Source of the DNA: Alphaproteobacteria bacterium
GTDB lineage: Bacteria > Pseudomonadota > Alphaproteobacteria > CASFRQ01 > SAAU01
Direction: 5' to 3'
DNA: 64,000 nt
NCBI GenBank assembly: GCA_009929265.1
Contig: SAAU01000003.1
Location: forward strand, 17,531 to 81,530
The position numbers and the translations under genes were made by a program. Below, piece by piece: positions 41,947 through 51,672 of this stretch. Below the pieces are notes generated by a model. That model made no database searches, was not told the DNA's origin, and saw nothing but the letters and a program-made list of their open reading frames with translations. Numbering within the stretch: the stretch's first letter is position 1; every line of letters begins with the position of its first letter.

Positions 41947-43344
41947 ATGAAAACATTAAAAGAAATTTTACTTTCTGGTAAAAAAGTCTTTCCCTTAATT
42001 GAAGGGGGAAAAGGCATTAACGCAACAGACGGCATCAGTTGCGGAGCTTGGGCTCGGGAAAATTGTGTAGGGACTTTTTCCGCTGTAAGTCCTGATTTTT
42101 ATGATGAAAAAGGAAATGTCCTTGGGTATCATTTTGAAAAAAAGAATCGGAAAGAAAGACATTTAGAGCTTATTGAAATGGTTGTCAAAGGGGCTGTTGC
42201 TCAAGCAAAAAAAGCTTACGAAACATCCAAAGGAAAAGGCGCTATTCATATGAATATGCTTTGGGGAATTGCCGATTCTCACGTTATTATTGAACGCATT
42301 TTACAGAAAGTTCATACCTTGATTGACGGAGTTGTGTGTGGGGCTGGAATGCCTTTTCAACTTGGCGAAATTGCAACAAAGTATCAAACTTACTACTACC
42401 CTATCGTCTCTTGTTCAAGGACATTTCAAATCCTATGGAAAAGGTCTTTTAAGAATTACGTCGAATATTTAGGAGGCGTTGTTTATGAGGATCCTTGGCT
42501 TGCAGGTGGGCATAATGGTCTAACAAATGCGGAAGATCCGAATATTCCTGAGAATCCTTATGAACGTGTAAAAGCGCTTCGTGAATTTATGAACTCTGTA
42601 GGACTTCAAGAAACGCCTATTATTTTGGCAGGGGGAATCTGGTCTTTGGAAGAGTTTCAAAACTATATCGACAACAAAGATCTTGGTAAAATTGCTTTCC
42701 AATTTGGAACGCGCCCTTTAATTACAAAGGAAAGCCCTGTGAGTGAAATATGGAAAAAGGCTTTGCTAAAGGTCAAACAATCCGACATTATCTCACAGAG
42801 ATTTTCACCAACTGGGTTTTATTCCTCTGCAATTAAGAATCTGTTTTTAAAAAGACTTATTGAAAGAACGCATGGGGAAATTCCTTATAAAGCTGAAAAA
42901 GATGACATTTTTACAAAAGAACTTCAAACCTCCAAAACACAATGTGTTTATGTAAAGCCTGAAGATTTTAAAAAGGCAGAGCAGCAACTTAAAAAAGGCC
43001 TGACAAACATTGTAAAAACACCTGACGGGACGGTTGTCTTTATTTCTGATAAAAATTGGAATGAAATTAAAGAAGATCGAAAAAATTGCTCTGGATGTTT
43101 AGGGTATTGTGCTTTTTCCGGCTGGTGTGCAAGTAAGGAAAACAACAGCACAGGAAAAATTCCAGATCCTAGAAAATACTGCATTCAAAAAACGCTTTAT
43201 TCCATTGGGCATGGGGGAAGCATTAAAGAAAATCTTTTGTTCGCAGGAAGCGTTGCCTATAAGTTTGCAAGCGATATCCTTTATAAAGCAGGAAAAATTC
43301 CTTCAACAAAAGAGCTTATTGAGACCCTTAAATCTGGAAAATAA
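41947..43344 (+). CDS. Nitronate monooxygenase / FabK-like FMN-dependent oxidoreductase family protein with C-terminal Cys cluster
   Basis: The TIM-barrel motifs VVCGAGMPFQ and ILAGGIWSLEEF are typical of the NMO/2-nitropropane dioxygenase family. The C-terminus reads CSGCLGYCAFSGWC. 465 aa. Confidence 0.45.
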   Translation: MKTLKEILLSGKKVFPLIEGGKGINATDGISCGAWARENCVGTFSAVSPDFYDEKGNVLGYHFEKKNRKERHLELIEMVVKGAVAQAKKAYETSKGKGAIHMNMLWGIADSHVIIERILQKVHTLIDGVVCGAGMPFQLGEIATKYQTYYYPIVSCSRTFQILWKRSFKNYVEYLGGVVYEDPWLAGGHNGLTNAEDPNIPENPYERVKALREFMNSVGLQETPIILAGGIWSLEEFQNYIDNKDLGKIAFQFGTRPLITKESPVSEIWKKALLKVKQSDIISQRFSPTGFYSSAIKNLFLKRLIERTHGEIPYKAEKDDIFTKELQTSKTQCVYVKPEDFKKAEQQLKKGLTNIVKTPDGTVVFISDKNWNEIKEDRKNCSGCLGYCAFSGWCASKENNSTGKIPDPRKYCIQKTLYSIGHGGSIKENLLFAGSVAYKFASDILYKAGKIPSTKELIETLKSGK

Positions 43345-43534
43345 AAATCGGTTTCTTCCTTGAAAGGAGATTTTGTGTTTACCGCACAAGTCTCCTTTTT
43401 TGTTTATCTATTCTTTGTCTGACTTTTAAAACCATATATTAAAGGTTTTTAGCTTATCTTTTTATTTAAAATTTGAAAAACCTGAAAAACAAGCTATACT
43501 TTATATTCAAAAAACAGACAAGAAAGTCAAAAAA

Positions 43535-45772
43535 ATGGCAAAAAAATTCCCTTCTATGCAAGAAATTATTGAATACATCAATTCCTCAGAAGAAGGGGTA
43601 AAGAAAAAGGATATCTCCCGAAAATTCAAAATAAAAGGCGAACAAGACCGCATCCGTCTTAAAGAAAGCCTCAATTCCCTTAAAGAATCAAATAAAATTG
43701 AAAAAGAAAAAGGAAGGTTTGTCTCTGACAGTGGCAAACAAAGTGTTGAAATTGAAGTCACGGGAAAAGATTCTGAAGGCAATTTCATTGCGCGTTTATT
43801 TCATCAAGAAGAAGATCTTTTTCAAATCATCATCCCTCATGAAGAGGTTATTCAAAAAAATCTTAAAATTGGCGATTTTGCAAGGGCAAAGCTAACCTCT
43901 TTATCGTCCCGCATTTCTGAAGCTAAAATCATTCGAAAATTGGCAGAGTCTTCTACCCAAATGGTGGGTGTTTTCTTAGATGGAAAGGTCCAAAGCGTTG
44001 ATAGGCGCTTTAAGGAAGAGCTTGCTTTGCCTGACTTTAATAAATACGGCCTTAAAAATAAAGATGTGGTTTTGGTGCGCGTTCTTAACATTTCAAAAAA
44101 CAAACATCAAGCCGAATTGATAAAGAAAATTGGCTCTGAAACGGATGCTTTTTCGGCCACCTTGCTTTCGATTTATGCGCATTCACTCCCCCTTTTCTTT
44201 CACGAGGAAAGTCTAAAACAGACTGAACATTTAACCGAACATCCTTTGGGAAAACGCGCAGACTTACGTGATTTACCCTTTGTGACAGTGGATGATAAAG
44301 AAGCCAAGGATTTTGATGACGCGGTTTATGCTGAACCCTTTGAAGGGGGATTTAAGGCTTTTGTTGCCATTGCGGATGTCAGCTCCTATATCTTACCTGA
44401 AACACCGCTGGATAATGAGGCTTTAGAACGGGGCAACTCTGTTTATTTCCCTGATAGAGTGCTTCCGATGTTTCCTGAGAAAATATCAAACGAGCTATGC
44501 TCTTTGCGTCCAAATGAGGATAAATCTGTCTTAGTTGCGGAAATTATTTTAGATAAAAATGGAAATAAAAAATCCCACAGCTTTAAACAAGCCCTTATCC
44601 GCTCTAAAGCGCGCCTGACCTATGATGAAGTTGAAGCCTTCTTTTGCCAAAAGCAAGAGCTCCCTTTGGCATTAAAAGACACTATCCCTACCCTTCATGA
44701 AGTTTATCTTGCCTTGACAAAAGCACGGGACAAACGAGGCGTCTTAAATCTTGAAATTCCAGAACCTATCATTAAACTGAATGACAAAGGGGAAATTAAA
44801 GAAATTGTCGAAAGAAAGCGTTATCAAAGCCATAAGATGATTGAAGAGCTGATGATTCTTGCCAATGTTGCCGCCGCAGAGGAGCTTGAATCGGCCAAGC
44901 TTCCAACTATGTATCGGGTGCACGAATCTCCCTCAAAAGAAAAGTTTGATGCTTTTTTAGAGACAATTCAAGCTATGAATTTATCTTTTAAAGCCTCTCA
45001 TCCTTTAGAGCCAAAAGATTTTACGAATTTTTTAAAGCAAAATGAAACATCCACCTTTGTGTTAAATGAGCTTGTTTTACGCTCTCAATCTCAAGCAAGA
45101 TACAGTTCTGAAAACCTAGGACACTTTGGGCTTAACCTTAAAAAATATGCGCATTTTACTTCCCCGATTCGACGCTATGCCGATGTTTTGGTTCATCGCG
45201 CTTTAAGGAAAAAAATGGGCTTAAAGGAAGGCATTTTGCCGCCAGAAAATGAATTTGAAAGAATCGCTGAACATATTTCACAAGCTGAACGCAATGCAAT
45301 GATGGCCGAACGAGAAGCAGATGAACGTTATATCGCTTATGATTTCAAGGACAAGATTGGACAAGTCTTTGACGCTTTAATTGCCAGTGTCACTGAGTTT
45401 GGCCTTTTCGTTCGAGTTGGAAAAATCCAAGCAGAAGGATTTCTCCCGCTCCGTCTTTTAGGGCGCGATTACTTTGAATACGATAAATCAAAAAATATTC
45501 TTGTTAATACAAGGACAAAGGAGACTTTTTCTTTGGGAGATAAAATCTCTGTCATCTTAAAAGAATGCTCCCCCTTGACTGGAGGGTTGCTTTTTATCAA
45601 AGCCCCAAAAGGAAGCGCTTTTAAAAAGACTTTTACAAAATCAAAAGATAAAAAAAATAAAACCTCTTTTGAAAAAGGGAAGCCCTTTTCATCAAAAGGA
45701 AAACGAAAAAGAACTTCTTTAACAGAAAAGAAAAAGCCTCAAAAAGGAAAGACTCACCCTAAAAAAGCTTAA
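43535..45772 (+). CDS. rnr: Ribonuclease R with lysine-rich C-terminal tail
   Basis: N-terminal HTH/cold-shock region, RNB catalytic domain (FVTVDDKEAKDFDDAVYAE), S1 domain, and a basic K-rich tail. Confidence 0.9.
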   Translation: MAKKFPSMQEIIEYINSSEEGVKKKDISRKFKIKGEQDRIRLKESLNSLKESNKIEKEKGRFVSDSGKQSVEIEVTGKDSEGNFIARLFHQEEDLFQIIIPHEEVIQKNLKIGDFARAKLTSLSSRISEAKIIRKLAESSTQMVGVFLDGKVQSVDRRFKEELALPDFNKYGLKNKDVVLVRVLNISKNKHQAELIKKIGSETDAFSATLLSIYAHSLPLFFHEESLKQTEHLTEHPLGKRADLRDLPFVTVDDKEAKDFDDAVYAEPFEGGFKAFVAIADVSSYILPETPLDNEALERGNSVYFPDRVLPMFPEKISNELCSLRPNEDKSVLVAEIILDKNGNKKSHSFKQALIRSKARLTYDEVEAFFCQKQELPLALKDTIPTLHEVYLALTKARDKRGVLNLEIPEPIIKLNDKGEIKEIVERKRYQSHKMIEELMILANVAAAEELESAKLPTMYRVHESPSKEKFDAFLETIQAMNLSFKASHPLEPKDFTNFLKQNETSTFVLNELVLRSQSQARYSSENLGHFGLNLKKYAHFTSPIRRYADVLVHRALRKKMGLKEGILPPENEFERIAEHISQAERNAMMAEREADERYIAYDFKDKIGQVFDALIASVTEFGLFVRVGKIQAEGFLPLRLLGRDYFEYDKSKNILVNTRTKETFSLGDKISVILKECSPLTGGLLFIKAPKGSAFKKTFTKSKDKKNKTSFEKGKPFSSKGKRKRTSLTEKKKPQKGKTHPKKA

Positions 45773-45795
45773 AAAAGTTAACTTTTCATAAAAAA

Positions 45796-45826
45796 AGGAA
45801 AGATTCAAAACCTTTCCTTTTCTTTT
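45796..45826. terminator. Bidirectional terminator between rnr and the convergent lipoprotein gene
   Basis: aggaaag-attcaaaac-ctttcct stem followed by a T-rich tract. Confidence 0.45.
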
Positions 45827-45844
45827 GCTCTTTTTATAAAAGAA

Positions 45845-46816
45845 CTACCCTTTTTGGTTTTGGTTTTGCATCAAAACACTAAAAAGCGTTTTTCCTCGAA
45901 CCAATGTCTTTGATAAGCGATTAGCTCCTGAAATATCTTGAACAGAAATATAGGGACGCATCGGACGAATAAAATCAGACAAAACGTTTAAGACCTGTTC
46001 ATTATACGGCGTATTTAAAATATCCCAGTCTTCCGTAAAGGGTTTATAGGAATCTTCTTGAAGTTGGGTTTTAAACTCCCCTGCCCGTGTTTTGATAATT
46101 CCTTGTTTTTCGGCATTCTCTTCGCTTAATCCGTCAAGCAAAAACCCCCTATAATTAGCCCGATAGCGCAATTCATAATTTGAAAAATCTTCAAAAGAAG
46201 CCCCTAATTCATCAAATTGAAAATAGGTAAACTCTGTGGGATGTTTATAAAAAAGTTCCCGCACAATTTCTAACGTATCAACTTTTTTCTTCGCCCGCTC
46301 TAGCTTATCGAAATTTTCAATCGTTTGATCGTCATAAACAGGATATCCTTCATCAACGAATTTATCTTTATAAATTTCAACTTCTCTCAAGCCTCTTGCA
46401 AGAAGGATAGGAAAGCGTTCTTCTTGATTTTGCCAAGCAATATTATCTGCCAAAGAGATTACGAAATGACCCTCTTCAAACCCGGACGTCATTTGACTGG
46501 CACCTGCCAAATAGCGGACACGAATCTGTGTATTTGTTGTTGCATTCATAATCAGCTCTTGCCCTGGAATCGTTTCGGCTAACCTATCAATGGCATGATA
46601 AATACTCTCTTTATCTGCATAGACCGTTTCAATAGAGACAGCATTTTTCAACAACAAAATTTTGACATCTAAGTCAGTTGTATTTGAATTATTTTCTTCT
46701 GGAGGATTATTTTCCATATAAATATTTAAAATATCATATTCACAACCTGTTAAAAATAAAACAGACCCCAAAGTTAAAAGGGAAAACCCCATCATCAATT
46801 TCTTTTTAAGTTTCAT
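45845..46816 (-). CDS. Hypothetical lipoprotein (323 aa; lipobox LFLTGC)
   Basis: Signal peptide plus lipobox. I recognise no family. Confidence 0.4.
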   Translation of the reverse strand: MKLKKKLMMGFSLLTLGSVLFLTGCEYDILNIYMENNPPEENNSNTTDLDVKILLLKNAVSIETVYADKESIYHAIDRLAETIPGQELIMNATTNTQIRVRYLAGASQMTSGFEEGHFVISLADNIAWQNQEERFPILLARGLREVEIYKDKFVDEGYPVYDDQTIENFDKLERAKKKVDTLEIVRELFYKHPTEFTYFQFDELGASFEDFSNYELRYRANYRGFLLDGLSEENAEKQGIIKTRAGEFKTQLQEDSYKPFTEDWDILNTPYNEQVLNVLSDFIRPMRPYISVQDISGANRLSKTLVRGKTLFSVLMQNQNQKG

Positions 46817-46993
46817 TTTCTTCTCCCATAAAGAAATAATTTATCAATAGGTTATCCCCTTTTTTTATTTTTGTCAATTTTTGTTTTATAAAAAGAATTA
46901 AACATCCAATTTTATAAAAAATAATTTTCACATAAAAAAATGTGTGGATTATTTTTAAATTTTAATATATATTGTGATGCTTATGGAGGGAGT

Positions 46994-47812
46994 ATGAAAG
47001 AGTTTATTTATTGTCCAGAGGATTGTCCTTTTTTAAAGGAAGAGAAGAATTTAAAAAGCAAAAAACTTCCCTACTTCTGTGGACTTTTTGGCTTTTACTT
47101 AGCCACACATGAAGAGAATATCTTAAGATGTGAAGAATGTATCGGATTTCAAAAAGATGTCAGTAAAAGTGATATGGAGGATAGCAGAAATAGCGATCCA
47201 GAAAAAGAAGATATTGAAAAATCTTTAAGGCAAAAAGGACTGGGCTATATTAGTAGTTCAAACGATTTTTCTATTCATAAACAAAACACAAAGTGGGGAT
47301 TTTCGCGTCTTCCTCTAAATTGGCAAAAACGTTTCGTCTCTGTTGCACAGAAAATGGGCGAAATGGATGGGGTTCCCAAAGGGGTACCTTTAAGATCTGT
47401 TGAAGCCCCTAAAATATTACTTTCCAGCCTTTCTAAAAAAAGAATCACCCGAACCGCTCTTCCAAAAGACGCCCAAGAATTTAGTGATTTACTTACATCA
47501 AAGGCAGAGCAATTTCCGAACCTTTTGGATAAGAAAGCACAAATCCTTTTAACGAATCTCTTTCAGGTTTTAGATTCTAGTGAGAAATCAATTTTACAAA
47601 ATATTATTAAACAACCTGCGCTCTTAAAAAGCTTTATGAAAACCTTTAATTCTATGCCTAAAAAAGAAACTTTATTAAAGGATTTAAGAAGAGAGCTTGA
47701 GGAAATCGAAAAAAAGAGAGAAGACGAACTTTTCCAAGAACAGCAACAGCAAAAAGAGACATCTCTTCTTAATCAAAAATTGCGCCAAAATCAAAATATA
47801 CGGATAAGTTAG
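46994..47812 (+). CDS. Hypothetical protein with N-terminal Cys-rich (CPEDC...C...CEEC) zinc-ribbon-like region and C-terminal coiled coil
   Basis: Start chosen at MKEFIYCPEDCPF after a GGAGGGA RBS. A Q/E/K-rich coiled coil lies at the C-terminus. Confidence 0.35.
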   Translation: MKEFIYCPEDCPFLKEEKNLKSKKLPYFCGLFGFYLATHEENILRCEECIGFQKDVSKSDMEDSRNSDPEKEDIEKSLRQKGLGYISSSNDFSIHKQNTKWGFSRLPLNWQKRFVSVAQKMGEMDGVPKGVPLRSVEAPKILLSSLSKKRITRTALPKDAQEFSDLLTSKAEQFPNLLDKKAQILLTNLFQVLDSSEKSILQNIIKQPALLKSFMKTFNSMPKKETLLKDLRRELEEIEKKREDELFQEQQQQKETSLLNQKLRQNQNIRIS

Positions 47813-47855
47813 CCTTTTTTTAAGACTTTTTATACCTACGACTTTTTTGAAAATT

Positions 47856-48359
47856 TTATTTTTTTGAAGCTTCAAGATACTCTGTCAAAATCTTCAAAGC
47901 CTCTTTTCCCGTCACATTTGTTTCTTCAAAAGACAACAAAACCGGCGGAAATCCAAGAAAAATATTCACCTTAAAAAGCCCTCTTAAAACGGGGTTTTTA
48001 ATATGCTTTGCGCTTTTTGAAACATCTTTTAGCTTAATTTCAATAAAATTATGGTGTGCGACAGGATGTAATTCAATTTTCTCAATTTCATCCCATTCCA
48101 ATTTTGGAATAGAAAGAATGGAATAGGCATCAAAAAAGCCCTCTTTTGTTAAGCGGAATACTTTTTTATCGGAAAAAATCTCAATCCCGTAAAAGAACGC
48201 AAAGGCGAAAAGCAAAAACGTCACATACTTGAGAAAATAAAAAGCATGAGGCAAAATATCAATGGAAAGGAACAGTAATCCCACCAAAAACATTAAAAAG
48301 AAAAGTGAAAATTTAAAAAACATTTTCCTTTTATTATAACAAATTGTAATTTCTTTCAT
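47856..48359 (-). CDS. Hypothetical membrane protein (2 TM helices + soluble PH-like C-terminal domain)
   Basis: An AGGGGAGA RBS sits upstream. Hydrophobic N-terminus. I recognise no family. Confidence 0.35.
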   Translation of the reverse strand: MKEITICYNKRKMFFKFSLFFLMFLVGLLFLSIDILPHAFYFLKYVTFLLFAFAFFYGIEIFSDKKVFRLTKEGFFDAYSILSIPKLEWDEIEKIELHPVAHHNFIEIKLKDVSKSAKHIKNPVLRGLFKVNIFLGFPPVLLSFEETNVTGKEALKILTEYLEASKK

Positions 48360-48424
48360 TTGACATCTCCCCTTTTATTTTTTTAAGGATACCCCCAAAT
48401 GTAAAAAAATCAAAGTAAAATATT

Positions 48425-49681
48425 TTAAGCCTCTTTTGTGCGACAAACACTTAAAACTGGAAGCTTTTCTTGCATTTCTTTTGATACAGGAAGCAAAATC
48501 TTTTGATCAGGCCGCCCACAAGAAATTTCTTCCAAGGGTTTTCCGTTTCTTTCTTCAAAAAATTCTTTAACTTGATAGGAAATCGGGGCAAAGGCGGAAG
48601 GCGAAATAAATTCCAAGGCCATCCCTGTTTTAATCTTATGACGAATGGTTAAAATCATTTCCCCTTTTGACGTATATCCCACCACTTGGCCTGCCGCCCT
48701 AAAGGATGAAGTTGAAGCGGTTGCATCATAGTTTTGGGACTCTGGCCCTGCATTTCCTGTTAAAAATCCTGTTGTATAGCCCCTATTTTGAAGAGTCTCA
48801 AGCTCTTTCATAAATGGGCGATAATCAAACTTTTCCGGATTTTCAAAATAAGCATCAATCGCATGACGATAGGCATGAGCCGTCATCGCAACATAATGTT
48901 CGGATTTATTTCTTCCTTCAATCTTAAAAGAATCCATCCCCACTTCTAAAATATCTTTAAGAAGTGGCATCGCGCATAAATCCCTTGAGTTCATTAAATA
49001 GCTTCCATGATCGTCTTCGTCTAGTTCAAAAAATTCATCAGGCCGCGTTTCTTCTTGCAAGAACATTTTATATTTCCAACGACAAGAGTGGGCGCATTTT
49101 CCTTGATTAGCGCTTCTTCCCGTTAAGAAATTTGAAATCAAACAGCGTCCAGAATAGCTCATACACATAGCGCCATGAATGAACATTTCAAGCCGTAAAT
49201 CAGGGCAATTTTTTCGAATTTCGGCAATCTCTGAAAGCGGCACTTCCCGCCCCAAAACACACAAAGACGCCCCTTTTTTCTGCCAAGCCCTTGCCGTCAA
49301 CCAAGAACAGACATTGGCCTGCGTTGACACATGTAAAGGAAGGGATGGAATTTGCTCTTTCACATAATCAAAAACACCCGGATCGGCAATAATCACGCCA
49401 TCGGGTTTAAGGTGTTTTAACCGTTCCACAAATCCTTTTAAGGTTTCAATATCCCGATTGTGTGTAAAAAGGTTAAGCGTTAAATATATTTTTTTACCCA
49501 AATTATGTAAAAACTCAATTCCCTCTTCCATATCTTCCAAAGAAATGGACGTCCGTGCCCGCAAAGAAACAGCAGGAACCCCTGCATAAATGGCATCGGC
49601 TCCATAAAGGGCGGCCGTTTTTAGGCGCGCCAAAGATCCGGCTGGAAGAAGTAATTCTGGTTTTTTAATATTCTTTATCAT
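48425..49681 (-). CDS. Peptidase U32 family protein (YegQ/RlhA-like)
   Basis: ELLLPAGSLARLKTAALYGADAIYAGVPAVSLRART is a typical U32 N-terminus. 418 aa. Confidence 0.8.
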   Translation of the reverse strand: MIKNIKKPELLLPAGSLARLKTAALYGADAIYAGVPAVSLRARTSISLEDMEEGIEFLHNLGKKIYLTLNLFTHNRDIETLKGFVERLKHLKPDGVIIADPGVFDYVKEQIPSLPLHVSTQANVCSWLTARAWQKKGASLCVLGREVPLSEIAEIRKNCPDLRLEMFIHGAMCMSYSGRCLISNFLTGRSANQGKCAHSCRWKYKMFLQEETRPDEFFELDEDDHGSYLMNSRDLCAMPLLKDILEVGMDSFKIEGRNKSEHYVAMTAHAYRHAIDAYFENPEKFDYRPFMKELETLQNRGYTTGFLTGNAGPESQNYDATASTSSFRAAGQVVGYTSKGEMILTIRHKIKTGMALEFISPSAFAPISYQVKEFFEERNGKPLEEISCGRPDQKILLPVSKEMQEKLPVLSVCRTKEA

Positions 49682-49707
49682 TTTTAACTCTTATCCTTAT
49701 AACAAAA

Positions 49708-50925
49708 CTATTGATACCTTAAAGCATCGATTGGGTTAAGCTTCATGGCTTTATAAGCAGGAAATAATCCTGACAAAATTCCAACCGTTATGGCAACAGA
49801 AGCTGAAACAACGATGGTCCACACCGAAATAGGAACCGTTGCGCTGTAGATTATACCCACAATTTGAGAAAGAGCAATCCCTAAAAACAAGCCTGTTAAA
49901 CTTCCCAAGCAAGAAATGAAGGTTGCCTCGGTTAAAAACTGCAAAACAATCCATTTGTTGGAGGCCCCTAACGCCTTTCGCGTCCCAATTTCACGCGTTC
50001 TTTCGGTCACAGAAACCAGCATCATATTCATAATCCCAATACTTCCGACCAAAAGCGAGATAGAGGCAATCACCGAAAGCAAAATTGTCAAAGCTTTTCC
50101 AATGGATCTGATTTTGTTCATAATTTCGGTTAAATCTCTGGCCGAAAAATCATCTGTTTGCCCCGTTTTTAGATTATGGCGTGCCCGTAATTTATAGATA
50201 ACCCGTTGTTGGACAATCTTCACATTTTCTTCTTTATCTATCTTTATAAAGGAGACATCGACTGTTTTTGGATGACGAGAGCCTTTTAATTTTTGACGCG
50301 CCGTTGTCACAGGGACCAAAGTCACGTTATCTTCATCATCCCCCGTCATGGATTGGCCTTTTTCTTTTAACGTTCCCACCACCCGAAAAGGAATATTTTT
50401 AATCCTGATATATTTTCCAATCGGATTTGAAAAACCGAATAACTCTTTGGCCACCGTTTGGCCTATCACAATCACATTTCTGGCCGATTTAATGTCACGA
50501 TCGGAAAACATAGCCCCTTTATCAATTTCCCAATTTCGAACGATTAAATAGTCCTCTGTTGTGCCAGCTATTCTTGAATACCAGTTATTGGAGCCATAAA
50601 CCATTTGCCCACTTGTCCCGATAATGCCCACAACAGAAATAACGTTTTTAATTTTCTTTAAAGATTCAATATCACTTAACGTGACTGTAGGCCTTGAATG
50701 CGCCGTCCGAATCCCAGAACTTTCCCCTGTCCCTGGGACCAAAATCAAAAGATTTCCACCCATAGAATCAAAGGACTTATTGATATAAATTTGAATAGCT
50801 TGTCCGACTGACACCATAATCACAACCGCACACACCCCGATAATAACCCCCAAGGTTGTTAAGAAGGTTCTCATCTTATCCGACATAATAGAAAGCCAGG
50901 CTTCCTTAAAAATAAGTTTAATCAT
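49708..50925 (-). CDS. ABC transporter permease, MacB/FtsX family
   Basis: N-terminal TM helix, large periplasmic domain, C-terminal FtsX 3-TM bundle. 405 aa. Confidence 0.8.
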   Translation of the reverse strand: MIKLIFKEAWLSIMSDKMRTFLTTLGVIIGVCAVVIMVSVGQAIQIYINKSFDSMGGNLLILVPGTGESSGIRTAHSRPTVTLSDIESLKKIKNVISVVGIIGTSGQMVYGSNNWYSRIAGTTEDYLIVRNWEIDKGAMFSDRDIKSARNVIVIGQTVAKELFGFSNPIGKYIRIKNIPFRVVGTLKEKGQSMTGDDEDNVTLVPVTTARQKLKGSRHPKTVDVSFIKIDKEENVKIVQQRVIYKLRARHNLKTGQTDDFSARDLTEIMNKIRSIGKALTILLSVIASISLLVGSIGIMNMMLVSVTERTREIGTRKALGASNKWIVLQFLTEATFISCLGSLTGLFLGIALSQIVGIIYSATVPISVWTIVVSASVAITVGILSGLFPAYKAMKLNPIDALRYQ

Positions 50926-50940
50926 TTTTTATCCCTTGAG

Positions 50941-51660
50941 TTAATCCTCTTTATAGCCTTTAACCGACCCATCATAGAATTTTTGACCGTCTTGAATCCG
51001 GATAAGACGCTTGGCGTATTTGGCAATATCAGGCTCGTGCGTAATTAAGATAATCGTCATTCCTTTTTCATTCAGCTCTTTGAATAACGTCATAATTTCA
51101 TGACTTGTCTTTGTATCAAGGTTTCCGGTTGGTTCATCTGCAAAAACAATTTCTGGAGTGTTAATCATTGCGCGTGCAATGGCGACCCGCTGTTGCATTC
51201 CCCCTGAAAGCTGATTTGGAAAATATTTTTCATAGCCCCTTAAGTTGACCTTTTTTAAATATTCATCTGCCAAAAGATAACTTTCTTTAGAACTTTTCCC
51301 AGAATAAATAAGGGGGATGACAACATTATCCTCCACCGTCCGGCGCATCATCAGATTAAATCCTTGGAAAACAAAGCCGATTTTCCTGTTGCGAATAAAG
51401 GCGAGCTCATTTTCATTCATCTGACTTGTTTCAACGCCATCCAGAAGATATTCCCCTTTCGTGGGTTTATCCAAACAGCCCAAAATATTCATTAACGTTG
51501 ATTTTCCAGAACCAGACGGCCCCATAATGGCCAAAAATTCCCCTTTTGAAACAGAAAAGTTGATGTCCTTTAAAACCTTCTGCTCTAGGCCTTCTCCCAT
51601 AAAATAGGATTTATCGATGTGCCTTAGCTCCAAAACTTTTTTTTCAAACGGTTTATTCAT
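50941..51660 (-). CDS. ABC transporter ATP-binding protein (MacB/LolD type)
   Basis: Walker A (GPSGSGKST), ABC signature ([14 protein letters not shown]), Walker B ([12 protein letters not shown]). Confidence 0.9.
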   Translation of the reverse strand: MNKPFEKKVLELRHIDKSYFMGEGLEQKVLKDINFSVSKGEFLAIMGPSGSGKSTLMNILGCLDKPTKGEYLLDGVETSQMNENELAFIRNRKIGFVFQGFNLMMRRTVEDNVVIPLIYSGKSSKESYLLADEYLKKVNLRGYEKYFPNQLSGGMQQRVAIARAMINTPEIVFADEPTGNLDTKTSHEIMTLFKELNEKGMTIILITHEPDIAKYAKRLIRIQDGQKFYDGSVKGYKED

Positions 51661-51672
51661 TTGATTTTCCTT

